64,000 nt of DNA from an uncultured virus (IMG/VR IMGVR_UViG_3300032167_007731) (lineage: Duplodnaviria > Heunggongvirae > Uroviricota > Caudoviricetes), in the IMG/VR virus record IMGVR_UViG_3300032167_007731; one strand, written 5' to 3'. The first letter of the stretch is position 1, and every line of letters begins with the position of its first letter. A program made the translations under genes and the position numbers. The notes beneath the pieces are model-generated. The model searched no databases, was not told where the DNA came from, and was given only the letters and a program-made list of their open reading frames with translations. This document shows, in pieces, positions 17,746 to 28,006 of the stretch.

Positions 17746-20700
17746 TTAATTCATACGAGTGGTATCACTTATACTTACATTAGGAACTAAATAATCTACA
17801 CCCTGATAACCAAAACTATCTAAACCATCGTTTGGTAAACTTGTTGTTTCAAAATAACTATTAGTATTGAAATTACCACCCTTTGGATTTGATACAGTTA
17901 ATGGTAAGTCATATTTTAAATAAGTATAACCTTTACCTAAAACACTGAAGAATTGGTTTTTATCTATTGGTGTATCTAAACCTTTTACTGACATTGATAA
18001 TTTATCACTTAAAGATATACTTGGAACCTCATAATTGGTTACATACTCTTTTACAACAAGAACTGTTGTATCTTCACTGTACCAACCCTCATTCTCAAAG
18101 ACTTTTGCATTATCTGGTGTTACCAAATTATTATCTATAACTTTTCTTGCTTCTTGTAACATTGAAGCATAAGAAGATTCTGTTAAAGTATTACCTGTCT
18201 TATGTTCAAATGTACTTAAAACTGTTTGAGATTTGTCATTTCCCTCATTATATAAATTCATATTTAATAAAGCATTGTATAAAGCAACATCTCTATTCTT
18301 CAAGTCAGAAATTGAAGTTATGGTCTTATTACCTGAACTTCTATTCATTAAATAAACACCTATTACTTGACCACCTCGAACTACTAACTCATGCTCAAAC
18401 ATTACTGTATTACCACCATCAAGTAAAGTACCCTTTGTACTTGAACCATATTTAACTTTGGTATATTTGTCACTTGTTAAACTCTTGATTGCACCTGTAT
18501 AATCTACTACTCTATCATAAGAATTTCCTACTGCACTATCTACTAACAATTTCTCTGATACATTAGCTCTACCTGTATTATCAATAGCATTTAATAAAGA
18601 AGTATGAGATTGTTTTGAATCATAACCACTATTTCCCCATTCATTCTTTACATTGACACCATTAGAATTGGTCTTTATATCAAGAGCAAAAGTTTTTACT
18701 GTCAAAATACCCTTCTTATCTGCACCTGAATCTCGATACATTTGGAATGTAGTATTTACTGGACCACCCTTATAAAGAACTTGTTTCCCATTAGCTGTAT
18801 TGTCACCTTGAACTACCTTATTCAATGAAGTTCTGGCTCTATTATCTGTTGCCATATTTCCTGTAGAAGTTGGTTTTGCATAAACTTTATGTTCCATTGT
18901 TTGATAAACCACAGGCTGAATCTTCCTTGCTTGGTCGCCTACCATCCATTTAATTGAAGAGTCACCATTATCATTATCAAATAACATACCATATTCAGGA
19001 TAAACATTTAAAACATCACTATCTTGATACTTTAAAGTAGTTAAACCATTATTGGATTTTATATCTGGATTTATAGATAATAAACGATTGTCTGTATTTT
19101 GTTGAATATATCTATTAAATGTAGCATATAAACTGTATTTTGCATCTACATAAGATGGTATTGGATTTTCATACCCCAAATAGCAATCGCAAACTTCATG
19201 ACTATAATACCTGTGATGACACCACCAATGATATTTTATACTATATGCATGAGTATAAGTATCTACATTTTGAATTCCATAATCTAAAATCTCTCTATCC
19301 TTTTGATACGTAGATTGATTAAAAACACTATTTGGTTTAACCGCATTTCTAATATCATATTTTAATAATTCATTAAAACTATTATTATTTTCTGATATCC
19401 ATTTAGCCACTGACAAACCTGAATCTTCTGTTGATTTTATTAAGTTTAAAGTACCACTCATTTCTACTGCTTTTAAATTAGAATCATGAGATATATTATA
19501 TGAACCACGAGTCAATGCCTTACTATGTAACCAACTATATAACTTATAATTTTCTGGTGTATTTCCTACTATCTGTTCATTTGGATTTACTGAATAATAA
19601 TTATATCTGCCTGTTGGTGTTAAAGAAGTTCCAGCGTGACCTCTATCTGGTGTTAAATTTAACCATGATAAAGCTGTTCTCCAATTACCAGGATTACCTG
19701 TATAATTAGTCAAATCTGATTGATACTGACTTAACTTCCATTGTGGTAAAGTTACTTTTACTTTCTTTGAAGAACTACTTCCACCGCCACTTTCTTCTTC
19801 ATCATCCGTATACCTTATTACACTCCAATCAGCATATACATTTTCTGTTTTTAAAACATTTTCTATTGTTTGTGGTATTGTTGTTCCTGATTGTGAACCA
19901 TTAGAGGGTATTGAATTATGTTTTAAATCCTCTACAACCTCTGAAGAAACAACCCAATTATTGAACTTAACAATATCACCTGTTTCCAATAATTCCTCTG
20001 TTAAATCATTAAATTGAACTGTAGTAGAAATACCATCATCATTTAATACAATTGAAACTGTTTCTTCTATATAAGAGTCTATTTCTATATCGTCCTCTAT
20101 AATATGAATTTTATTTAACTGCATAGTTCTTGGATATAATATATAACGTGCATAAACAATAGGTTCTAACTCTATATTTGTAGCCTCCATAGTAACAGAG
20201 GGAGTTTCATCACCATCAGCAAAATAATTTTCAGCCACATACACATCCTCTGTAATCATATTTCCACTTTTTTTATCATTTAACACTTTATTTTCAATAA
20301 TATCTAAAACACCACCAATAGCACCTTGACCTACTGCTGCCTCTACCGCAACTGCTGCTATAACCACACCCATTACACTATATCCTTTGCTCTCTGCATA
20401 TTTAGGATTATAAAAAGCAGCCAACTCTGTATTATCTAATAAATTTTCATACTCCTTTTTTGTAGCTACATCCGTTTCCTTATCTATTAAATTACGATAG
20501 CCTGATTTTATACCCTGAATTTTTGTCATCTTTTGTATATTTGGATTATCATATTTTTTCAATTCTTCCCTAACCCTCAATACTAATTCAGTTGTTGTAT
20601 TCTGTAATTCTATATATTTTTTAGGATTTAAATTTTTTATATTATTTAAGAATCCTGCAAATAAATCATAATTTATATCAGGATATTGCATTTCAAACAT

Positions 20701-22317
20701 ATCTACAAACTCTAATGCTTCTTTAATATTCCAGTCATAATACTGCTCCATCATCTGATTTACATATAAAACAAATGGGTCATCATAAATAACAGAACCA
20801 AACTCATCTATACTATTTATGAGTCTTTCCTTAATTACTTCAATATCACCCAAATATTTTTCATCTATATCATCAACAGACTTTCCAGCTTTATTTTTAG
20901 GTAATTCTGTTTTTTCCCACATAATATCCGTAGGTTCACCTAAATCCACAGCAGAAACTACAACATCATTCAAATCTGCCATATAATACTTATCATTAAT
21001 ATTTACAACATCTGAATCTTTTACAAATAAGGAGCCATCAGGTAATTCCTCTACATTTTCACTAATATCTCTTGAATCAAGTTGTTCATAAATTGGATTA
21101 CCATTTTCATCATTACCTTTATATAAAACATAAACACCAATTGCTTTCTGCTTTGGTTTTGAATATATATTCATAGTTAATTTATAAGAAAATTTAATAC
21201 CTACTGCACCTGCATTTGCAAAAGTATCTAAACCTATTCTATAATTACCTGTCTCATAAAGTTTATTAGGGTCAGGATTTTTACCATGTAAAGTCAAACC
21301 ATATCCTGAATATAAATAACCACTACTTCCACTACTTGGATTATTCTTACGCATTATCATTGATGGATGTATCTTACCTAATTCTAACTCATCTATATAA
21401 GCCAATGGTTCTGACATATATCTTGAGACTTCTATTTTATTACCATTTTTATCTAAACCACTCTCTGGTCCTAACCACATATATGCAGCCATATTCCCAT
21501 CATTCTGCACTCCACCTTTACCACGTGGATACATAGAAAATTTTATGTCTCCAAAACCTAATCTTGGAATAGGTATATATTTATTTAAACCATATGTCTT
21601 TCCTTCTTTATTCAACATCTGACGAAAATTTAATTCTTTTTCAGTATAATAATTAAGTTTTAATGGTAAACTAAAAACTATTTTATATTCATTATAATCT
21701 GTTGGTTTTGCCAATTTTTCAATCCTAGCAACTTGTGAAGTTTCATTACCATTAGAGTCATAACCTATAAGTGAACCATTAGAATCTGTCTTAAAAACCA
21801 TATTACCTTTTTCATTCATTATAGTTGGAAAATTAAACAACTTATCTAATGTAACATCTGTATTTGTAGATGCTGGAGATATTTCAACATAAATATCATC
21901 TCCATTCTTTATTGATTTTTCTAATTCAGAACCTCTTGCAATAGGAAAATCAAAATCCTGAGTTCCTACAATTAAACCACCTGCTGTTGCAGAGTCCTCC
22001 AAATTTGCAACACCACCTTCTGTCTGCTTGAACTCACTATCATATACTTTTCTACTTAATGTTCCTCCCCAATAACCACCTGAATAATGCCACATTTCTA
22101 TTGAAAAGTCACCTGATACAGCAGACAATATTAAATTTTTACCCTCTTTACTACCTGTCTGACCTGCTGCTGAAACATATATATTACTATCTGTTATGAC
22201 TTGATTACTTGCGGCCTCTACATCAATAGGATTTACCATATTAGTTATTGGTATCAAAGTCAGTACTATTACAAATGTCAATAAACCTGATATAAACCTT
22301 TGTTTTAAACTTGACAT
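17746..22317 (-). CDS. Large secreted/surface protein of unknown function (1523 aa)
   Basis: Signal peptide MSSLKQRFISGLLTFVIVLTLIP...VEA; modular; internal His/Cys patch HWWCHHRYYSHEVCDC. Confidence 0.8.
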   Translation of the reverse strand: MSSLKQRFISGLLTFVIVLTLIPITNMVNPIDVEAASNQVITDSNIYVSAAGQTGSKEGKNLILSAVSGDFSIEMWHYSGGYWGGTLSRKVYDSEFKQTEGGVANLEDSATAGGLIVGTQDFDFPIARGSELEKSIKNGDDIYVEISPASTNTDVTLDKLFNFPTIMNEKGNMVFKTDSNGSLIGYDSNGNETSQVARIEKLAKPTDYNEYKIVFSLPLKLNYYTEKELNFRQMLNKEGKTYGLNKYIPIPRLGFGDIKFSMYPRGKGGVQNDGNMAAYMWLGPESGLDKNGNKIEVSRYMSEPLAYIDELELGKIHPSMIMRKNNPSSGSSGYLYSGYGLTLHGKNPDPNKLYETGNYRIGLDTFANAGAVGIKFSYKLTMNIYSKPKQKAIGVYVLYKGNDENGNPIYEQLDSRDISENVEELPDGSLFVKDSDVVNINDKYYMADLNDVVVSAVDLGEPTDIMWEKTELPKNKAGKSVDDIDEKYLGDIEVIKERLINSIDEFGSVIYDDPFVLYVNQMMEQYYDWNIKEALEFVDMFEMQYPDINYDLFAGFLNNIKNLNPKKYIELQNTTTELVLRVREELKKYDNPNIQKMTKIQGIKSGYRNLIDKETDVATKKEYENLLDNTELAAFYNPKYAESKGYSVMGVVIAAVAVEAAVGQGAIGGVLDIIENKVLNDKKSGNMITEDVYVAENYFADGDETPSVTMEATNIELEPIVYARYILYPRTMQLNKIHIIEDDIEIDSYIEETVSIVLNDDGISTTVQFNDLTEELLETGDIVKFNNWVVSSEVVEDLKHNSIPSNGSQSGTTIPQTIENVLKTENVYADWSVIRYTDDEEESGGGSSSSKKVKVTLPQWKLSQYQSDLTNYTGNPGNWRTALSWLNLTPDRGHAGTSLTPTGRYNYYSVNPNEQIVGNTPENYKLYSWLHSKALTRGSYNISHDSNLKAVEMSGTLNLIKSTEDSGLSVAKWISENNNSFNELLKYDIRNAVKPNSVFNQSTYQKDREILDYGIQNVDTYTHAYSIKYHWWCHHRYYSHEVCDCYLGYENPIPSYVDAKYSLYATFNRYIQQNTDNRLLSINPDIKSNNGLTTLKYQDSDVLNVYPEYGMLFDNDNGDSSIKWMVGDQARKIQPVVYQTMEHKVYAKPTSTGNMATDNRARTSLNKVVQGDNTANGKQVLYKGGPVNTTFQMYRDSGADKKGILTVKTFALDIKTNSNGVNVKNEWGNSGYDSKQSHTSLLNAIDNTGRANVSEKLLVDSAVGNSYDRVVDYTGAIKSLTSDKYTKVKYGSSTKGTLLDGGNTVMFEHELVVRGGQVIGVYLMNRSSGNKTITSISDLKNRDVALYNALLNMNLYNEGNDKSQTVLSTFEHKTGNTLTESSYASMLQEARKVIDNNLVTPDNAKVFENEGWYSEDTTVLVVKEYVTNYEVPSISLSDKLSMSVKGLDTPIDKNQFFSVLGKGYTYLKYDLPLTVSNPKGGNFNTNSYFETTSLPNDGLDSFGYQGVDYLVPNVSISDTTRMN

Positions 22318-22357
22318 AATATTTTCACCTCTACTTTATAATCTTCTAATAAATAAC

Positions 22358-23980
22358 TTATTTACCTATACCTGACCAAATATGACTACTATTATAATCT
22401 ATATTTTCAGAATAACCTGAATTGTTTGACTCATTTATCTTTGTTTTGTTTGAAGAATAAACGTCATGTCCTATTGTATAACGTGTAGAACCATTAGGTG
22501 ATACCATAATCCCCACTTTTGCAAGGTCTATCATTGATTTTGTTACTTTTGCTGCATCATAATGTTCAAAATATTTCTTTCCACTTTGACCTGAAGTAAA
22601 CTCAAATCTTACATCCTCACAGAAATAAGTACCCTCTGAAGTTTCAACACTACAATGAACTATAAATCTAAAACCATCTTTTAATTCATCTGGTAAAGTT
22701 GGTGCTGTAAACTCTACATATACACCTTTTTCATCCTCACCAAACTTTACATTATTTAATGCTTGTAAATCAAATTCACGAGCATATTTTGGAATAATTA
22801 AACCCTCTGTCTGTCCCTCATCTGACAAATAAGAAGAATAAGTATTTCCTGAACTTGATGGCTTCTGCTGTTGAACTGTTACTGTTGGTCTTGTTGTATA
22901 ATTCATTACACGACAAAATACTGCAGCAACTTCTGCTCTGGTTAAATTATCATAAGGTGCAAACTGATTATTACCTTTACCTGTTAATAAACCATTAGAA
23001 TAAGCCTGCAATACTGCATCTCTTCTTACAGGTAATACTGCTGAAAGGTCTTTAATATTATTTTCAATACCATACTTGTATTCTAATGTTTCACCATTTG
23101 CTTTTGCTACATTAACTAGAATATAAGCCATATCTTGTCTTGAGATTGGAGCATTTAATGCCTCTGGTGAACTACCAAAATCTGAACTTCTAATCAATCC
23201 TGACTGAACTGCTGCATTGTAATTCTTGCCAGCCCAATGAGAATGATTACCCTCTACTATCTTATCTGATGCAACTAATCTTGTTGCAATAGCCAAGAAC
23301 TGACCTAATGTTACTGTTCCCTCTGGGTCATAAGTTCCTACACCATTGACTGGTGCTGTTGTACCTGCAATTATACCCTTATTGGCTATTGTCATTACAT
23401 CGTTGTAGGCCCAATGATTTGAGGGGAGGTCTGAAAATGAAGTTACTGTTGCATTAGCATAATTATTCTTCAAAGTAACACTTTCTTCAATTACAGGGCT
23501 ATCTATACCTAAACTTGTTTTTACAACAGTTAAAGCAATATTCACTTTTTGAGAGTTACTTAAACCTTGAACTGCCTTTTCTGCCTCAAAAATAATATCT
23601 CTAACTTCCTGTGTTACACCATCACCTGATATTCTTACAGAACTTTCTAAACTTAATAATTGATTAGCTAAACTCTGCAAAATACCATCTGTAACTGCAC
23701 CACTTTTTCTCATATCATTTATAGCCTTTATTGTATTTTTTATACCAACTATTGACTGTTCAACAGAAATACCATATTCTTGAACTATTTTACTATCACT
23801 ATTCAAAGTAATATAATTATTATCTGCCGCCATAGCAGGCATTATTGTACTACTTAACAAAGTAGTCAATATCAAACCACTCACTAAAACCTTATTCATA
23901 ACTGCCTTAAATTCTGTCTTACATTTAGATTTACGACCATGAGTTGTTTCCATTACTAATTCTTGTTTAACTTCTGACAT
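22358..23980 (-). CDS. Secreted protein with three central SLH domains
   Basis: ATG 23980 behind AGGAGG; FSDLPSNHWAY...GIIAG, ISRQDMA, GLLTGKGNNQFAPYDNLTRAEVA. Confidence 0.9.
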   Translation of the reverse strand: MSEVKQELVMETTHGRKSKCKTEFKAVMNKVLVSGLILTTLLSSTIMPAMAADNNYITLNSDSKIVQEYGISVEQSIVGIKNTIKAINDMRKSGAVTDGILQSLANQLLSLESSVRISGDGVTQEVRDIIFEAEKAVQGLSNSQKVNIALTVVKTSLGIDSPVIEESVTLKNNYANATVTSFSDLPSNHWAYNDVMTIANKGIIAGTTAPVNGVGTYDPEGTVTLGQFLAIATRLVASDKIVEGNHSHWAGKNYNAAVQSGLIRSSDFGSSPEALNAPISRQDMAYILVNVAKANGETLEYKYGIENNIKDLSAVLPVRRDAVLQAYSNGLLTGKGNNQFAPYDNLTRAEVAAVFCRVMNYTTRPTVTVQQQKPSSSGNTYSSYLSDEGQTEGLIIPKYAREFDLQALNNVKFGEDEKGVYVEFTAPTLPDELKDGFRFIVHCSVETSEGTYFCEDVRFEFTSGQSGKKYFEHYDAAKVTKSMIDLAKVGIMVSPNGSTRYTIGHDVYSSNKTKINESNNSGYSENIDYNSSHIWSGIGK

Positions 23981-24102
23981 AATATAACCTCCTATATTTA
24001 AGATACATAACATCTAAATCACTATAATATATTATCTTTTTCTGTTATAATTTATTCTATAACTGTAGTATATTTTACTCAAAATATTATTTTTATATAA
24101 CA

Positions 24103-24130
24103 AAGACCCTTGCTAAAATTCAAGGGTCTT
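24103..24130 (-). terminator. Intrinsic terminator
   Basis: AAGACCCTTG-ctaaaatt-CAAGGGTCTT after the PBP stop. Confidence 0.8.
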
Positions 24131-24134
24131 TATT

Positions 24135-27100
24135 TTATACTTCTAAATTATTTTCTAACCTTTGATTTACTTCATTTTCAGTAGAACTTTCATCTTCAAC
24201 ATCAGAGTTTTCAGTTGCATCTTCATTTTCCTCTGTATTTTCTTGTTCTTCTTCTTTTTCTGTTTCTGTTTCCTCAATAGGTTCTTCTATTTCAGGTTCT
24301 TCAATAGGTTTTGTAGATAATAAATATTCTTTATCTGCTAAATAATCCTCATAAATACCTGAAATATCTACTTCAATAGATTTACAATATTCAAAATGAC
24401 TTTCAATATTCTTAAACAATACTTCTAAATCATCTGAATAAACTGTATAAGTATTCAATGTTTCCATATACTCTAATAATTTAGTTTGAGCATCATCTTT
24501 TTGTTTTTGTTTTTCTTGTTCAATTTCAAGTCTATAAGGTTTTAAAGAAATTTCCTTATACTTCTTAATTTCTTCATAATAACCTGTATATTTCTCTACT
24601 TTACCACTATCTTTTAATAATTTCAACTGTCTCTCTACATTTCTATATAATGCTTCAACCTTTGAAATATCATATCTACTATACACTACATAAGAATTTA
24701 AGTCATTAAGACTACTTACAACAATTCTTTCCTGTTCAAGACCTTTATTTGCTTTTTCTATCTTTGTCTGTCTTTCATTATATTGTTGCATTGTTCTAAT
24801 ATCAACTGCAAAATAACTCTTAATACTTTCTAATTCTGCGTCTAATCTTGGTATATTTTCAGTTTGATATACATTAGCAATTCTCTTATCTAAATCACTA
24901 AATGAAGCAGTTAAATAATCCAAAGCACTATTATTTACAATCTTATAATTTCTTAATAACTTTAATTCTGCTTCTATCTCTGAAATCAACTGATTATCAG
25001 CAGAAATTTTCTTTCTTTCAATATTAGCCTTACGCTCTTCTTCTGCCTTATCTAATAGATTTTGAGAGAAAATACCATATACACCTGTATCATTTTTTGC
25101 CATTAATCCTTTACTATTTACAGGTTTAGTAATAACTGTTTCAGGTCTCTCAAATTCTACTTTCTCTTTACCTTTATGCAATTCTACCATCATTTGTTGC
25201 CAAATTTTACCTGGTAAACTACCACCTGTCAAACCTGTTGAACGAGGTGTATCATATCCACACCACACAGCCATTGAATAATAAGTACTTGCACCACAGA
25301 ACCAAGCATCCTTATGCTCATTTGTTGTACCTGTTTTACCCATAACAATAGCATTATTAGGCCTTCTACTTGTTGAAGTTCCATAAGGTTCATACATAAC
25401 TGCTTTACAAGAATCAACCATCATATATGCTGCATCCTCATCATATACTTCTTTTCTTTCACTATCTTCTTCAAAAATAGTTCCTTCATTTTGATAATCT
25501 ATCTTTATTACACAATTATTATCTATATATTCACCTTTATTTACTAATGTAGAATAACCCTTTGCCATATCACTTACTCTAACACCATAAGTAAAACCAC
25601 CTAATGCAACAGCAGTATTATTATTATCCACATAAGAAATAGTATCAAATCTCATATTAGCCAAATATTCTAAGCCTGTATTTGCACCAATAGATTTCAT
25701 AATCTGATATGCAATAGTATTTGTACTTCTACCTACTGCCTCTTTAATTGTCATATTTCCCAAGAAATTACCACTATAATTTCGAGGATAATACTTATCT
25801 TTTGGGTCATCCTTATCTGTCATTATCATAGATGGAAAATACAAACCACTATTATAGGCAGGAGCATAAACAACTAATGGTTTTATAGAAGAACCTGGTT
25901 GTCTCTTTGCCAAAAAACCTCTATTATATTCATCATCTGTCCCTCTACCACCAACTATTGCCTCTATATAACCTGTTTCATTATTTACAATTACTGCTGC
26001 ACTCTGGAAAGCATATCTACCATCTTCTGATTTTTCCTTGAAACCAGCAGTATTATTATCTACAATTTTCTGCAATTTACTTTGCATTTCTTGGTCTAAT
26101 GAAGTATAAATTTGATAACCACCTGCACGAATTTTCTCACCTATTTCATTATACCTATCAACATATTTTTCTCTATACAAAGTATAATCTAATTCATTCT
26201 CAAAAAGATATTTATATTCAAAGTTTTCTTCATCTAACAAACTTAAAACAGCACAATGAATTGCATAACTTGTTAAATAATCTTCTTTTCTTCTGCCTTC
26301 TCTTTCATATACAAACTCTAATTTTGTATTTAAAACTTCTTGATATTCTTCTTCAGTTATTACACCCTCTTCTTTCATTTCATCCACAACAAATCTCCAT
26401 TTTTGCATTGTTGCGTCATAATTTGTTCTAGGATTATAATAAGAAGCATTATTACTCATACCAACAAATAAGGCTGATTCCGCAATAGTTAAATCCTTTG
26501 CTGTTTTACCAAAGTAATATTGAGATGCCGCTTCAATACCATAACAATTATTACCATAAAAGTTTGTATTTACATAAAATTCCATTATGTCTTGCTTACT
26601 ATATTTACTCTCAAATTCAGGTGCTAAGAAAAATTCTATAAGTTTTCTCTTAAATGTTCTCTCTTGTGTTAAAAGATTATTTTTTAACACCTGTTGAGTT
26701 ATGGTACTACCACCTTGAGTTATATTTCCCCTATTTTTGATAAGCGCAAAACCTGCACGAGCCAAAGCTTTATAATCTATACCATTATGAACTTTAAAAC
26801 GCTTATCTTCAACAGCAATATATCCCTCTTGAACCCATTTTGATACGTTTTCTATCTCTACATATTGATAATTTCCAACATTTATTTCACTTATAATTTC
26901 ACCATTTTTATCATAAATAACAGTATCACTCAAATGGGAGAAAGTATTTGGTCCAATACTGTCAAACTTATCATATGCTATCTGCTTATAATCATCAAGA
27001 GTAGGCATAACCTTAAAACCAATATATCCTCCTGCTATACAACCTACTACAAATAAAACTATAAACAAAACCATAAATGTTTTGGCAAAAAATCTTATAA

Positions 27101-27173
27101 CTTTACCTGAAATACTCTTAAATTTAGATAAAAAACTACCAACTTTTACCCAATCTATTGTCTTACTATTCAA
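24135..27173 (-). CDS. Class A penicillin-binding protein (PBP1A-like) with a long helical and acidic C-terminal extension
   Basis: TM anchor; EDKRFKVHNG, QGGSTITQQVLKN (GT51); SSIK, STN and KTGT transpeptidase motifs. Confidence 0.95.
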   Translation of the reverse strand: MNSKTIDWVKVGSFLSKFKSISGKVIRFFAKTFMVLFIVLFVVGCIAGGYIGFKVMPTLDDYKQIAYDKFDSIGPNTFSHLSDTVIYDKNGEIISEINVGNYQYVEIENVSKWVQEGYIAVEDKRFKVHNGIDYKALARAGFALIKNRGNITQGGSTITQQVLKNNLLTQERTFKRKLIEFFLAPEFESKYSKQDIMEFYVNTNFYGNNCYGIEAASQYYFGKTAKDLTIAESALFVGMSNNASYYNPRTNYDATMQKWRFVVDEMKEEGVITEEEYQEVLNTKLEFVYEREGRRKEDYLTSYAIHCAVLSLLDEENFEYKYLFENELDYTLYREKYVDRYNEIGEKIRAGGYQIYTSLDQEMQSKLQKIVDNNTAGFKEKSEDGRYAFQSAAVIVNNETGYIEAIVGGRGTDDEYNRGFLAKRQPGSSIKPLVVYAPAYNSGLYFPSMIMTDKDDPKDKYYPRNYSGNFLGNMTIKEAVGRSTNTIAYQIMKSIGANTGLEYLANMRFDTISYVDNNNTAVALGGFTYGVRVSDMAKGYSTLVNKGEYIDNNCVIKIDYQNEGTIFEEDSERKEVYDEDAAYMMVDSCKAVMYEPYGTSTSRRPNNAIVMGKTGTTNEHKDAWFCGASTYYSMAVWCGYDTPRSTGLTGGSLPGKIWQQMMVELHKGKEKVEFERPETVITKPVNSKGLMAKNDTGVYGIFSQNLLDKAEEERKANIERKKISADNQLISEIEAELKLLRNYKIVNNSALDYLTASFSDLDKRIANVYQTENIPRLDAELESIKSYFAVDIRTMQQYNERQTKIEKANKGLEQERIVVSSLNDLNSYVVYSRYDISKVEALYRNVERQLKLLKDSGKVEKYTGYYEEIKKYKEISLKPYRLEIEQEKQKQKDDAQTKLLEYMETLNTYTVYSDDLEVLFKNIESHFEYCKSIEVDISGIYEDYLADKEYLLSTKPIEEPEIEEPIEETETEKEEEQENTEENEDATENSDVEDESSTENEVNQRLENNLEV

Positions 27174-27988
27174 GAATTTTCACCTGCTTTCATTACACAA
27201 TAAACAGCATCCATTGTATTTTCTAAATTATCAAAATTTGCTAAAAACCCTGTTGAATGACAGAAAATAAAACCTTTAACACTCTCTAAGTTTCTCTTTC
27301 CCCACCACTCTTCAGGAAATTCAAAACCCATATTCATTCTTCTTTCTGCATTCCAACCACCACGATTACTTGGATATACAACAACCTTTACATCTGTATT
27401 TTTCAAAGTTTCCTTCCAAGGGGCATATTTATCTAAAATAACTATACCGTCTTTACTCCATTGATAACAGTCTAAAACATATCTCTGACTTTTCTCAATA
27501 GCCTCATATTTTGCTATGTATCTCTCTAAAAACTTTTTAAATATTTCTACAGCTTCAAAATATCTTTCATCCTGCTTTTCTTTTGAACAATCTTCATTCC
27601 AAAAACCATTCATATTTGATATTACAGAACACAAAGTATCTCTTTCACCTGTATTATCAGAATTATCAATAGGACAAATAAACTCTTCATCTATTGCTTT
27701 AGATACATAATCAGAAACAATCATACGAGAATATTTACGCCACAACTTACCAAATGACGCAAAATAAACACCATTATCTCTCATTTCTCTATCTATTCCA
27801 TGATGGTCAAATTCCCCGTCACCTATATCAAAAACAATACCTTCAAATTTTTCTGGTACTTCAAACCCTCTTGTTATTTTAATATATGGATTTAACATAA
27901 GAAGAAAAGCACCACTAGCCACATCATCTGTATGAAAATCTCCTGCATGAGTAAATGCTTCGTCACAAGATATAAATACTTTATCCAT
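27170..27988 (-). CDS. MYG1-family (DHH-like) hydrolase/exonuclease
   Basis: THAGDFHTDDV, FDIGDGEFDHH, ASFGKLW, PIDNSDN, FPEEWWG, FCHSTGF. Confidence 0.88.
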   Translation of the reverse strand: MDKVFISCDEAFTHAGDFHTDDVASGAFLLMLNPYIKITRGFEVPEKFEGIVFDIGDGEFDHHGIDREMRDNGVYFASFGKLWRKYSRMIVSDYVSKAIDEEFICPIDNSDNTGERDTLCSVISNMNGFWNEDCSKEKQDERYFEAVEIFKKFLERYIAKYEAIEKSQRYVLDCYQWSKDGIVILDKYAPWKETLKNTDVKVVVYPSNRGGWNAERRMNMGFEFPEEWWGKRNLESVKGFIFCHSTGFLANFDNLENTMDAVYCVMKAGENS

Positions 27989-28006
27989 ACTACAACACCT
28001 TTCAAA

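Noticed and set aside
25229..25417. Nested minus-strand ORF inside the PBP gene (likewise 60269..60508 inside the giant protein)
   Set aside because: Alternative-frame ORFs within conserved coding sequence, with no RBS or motif.
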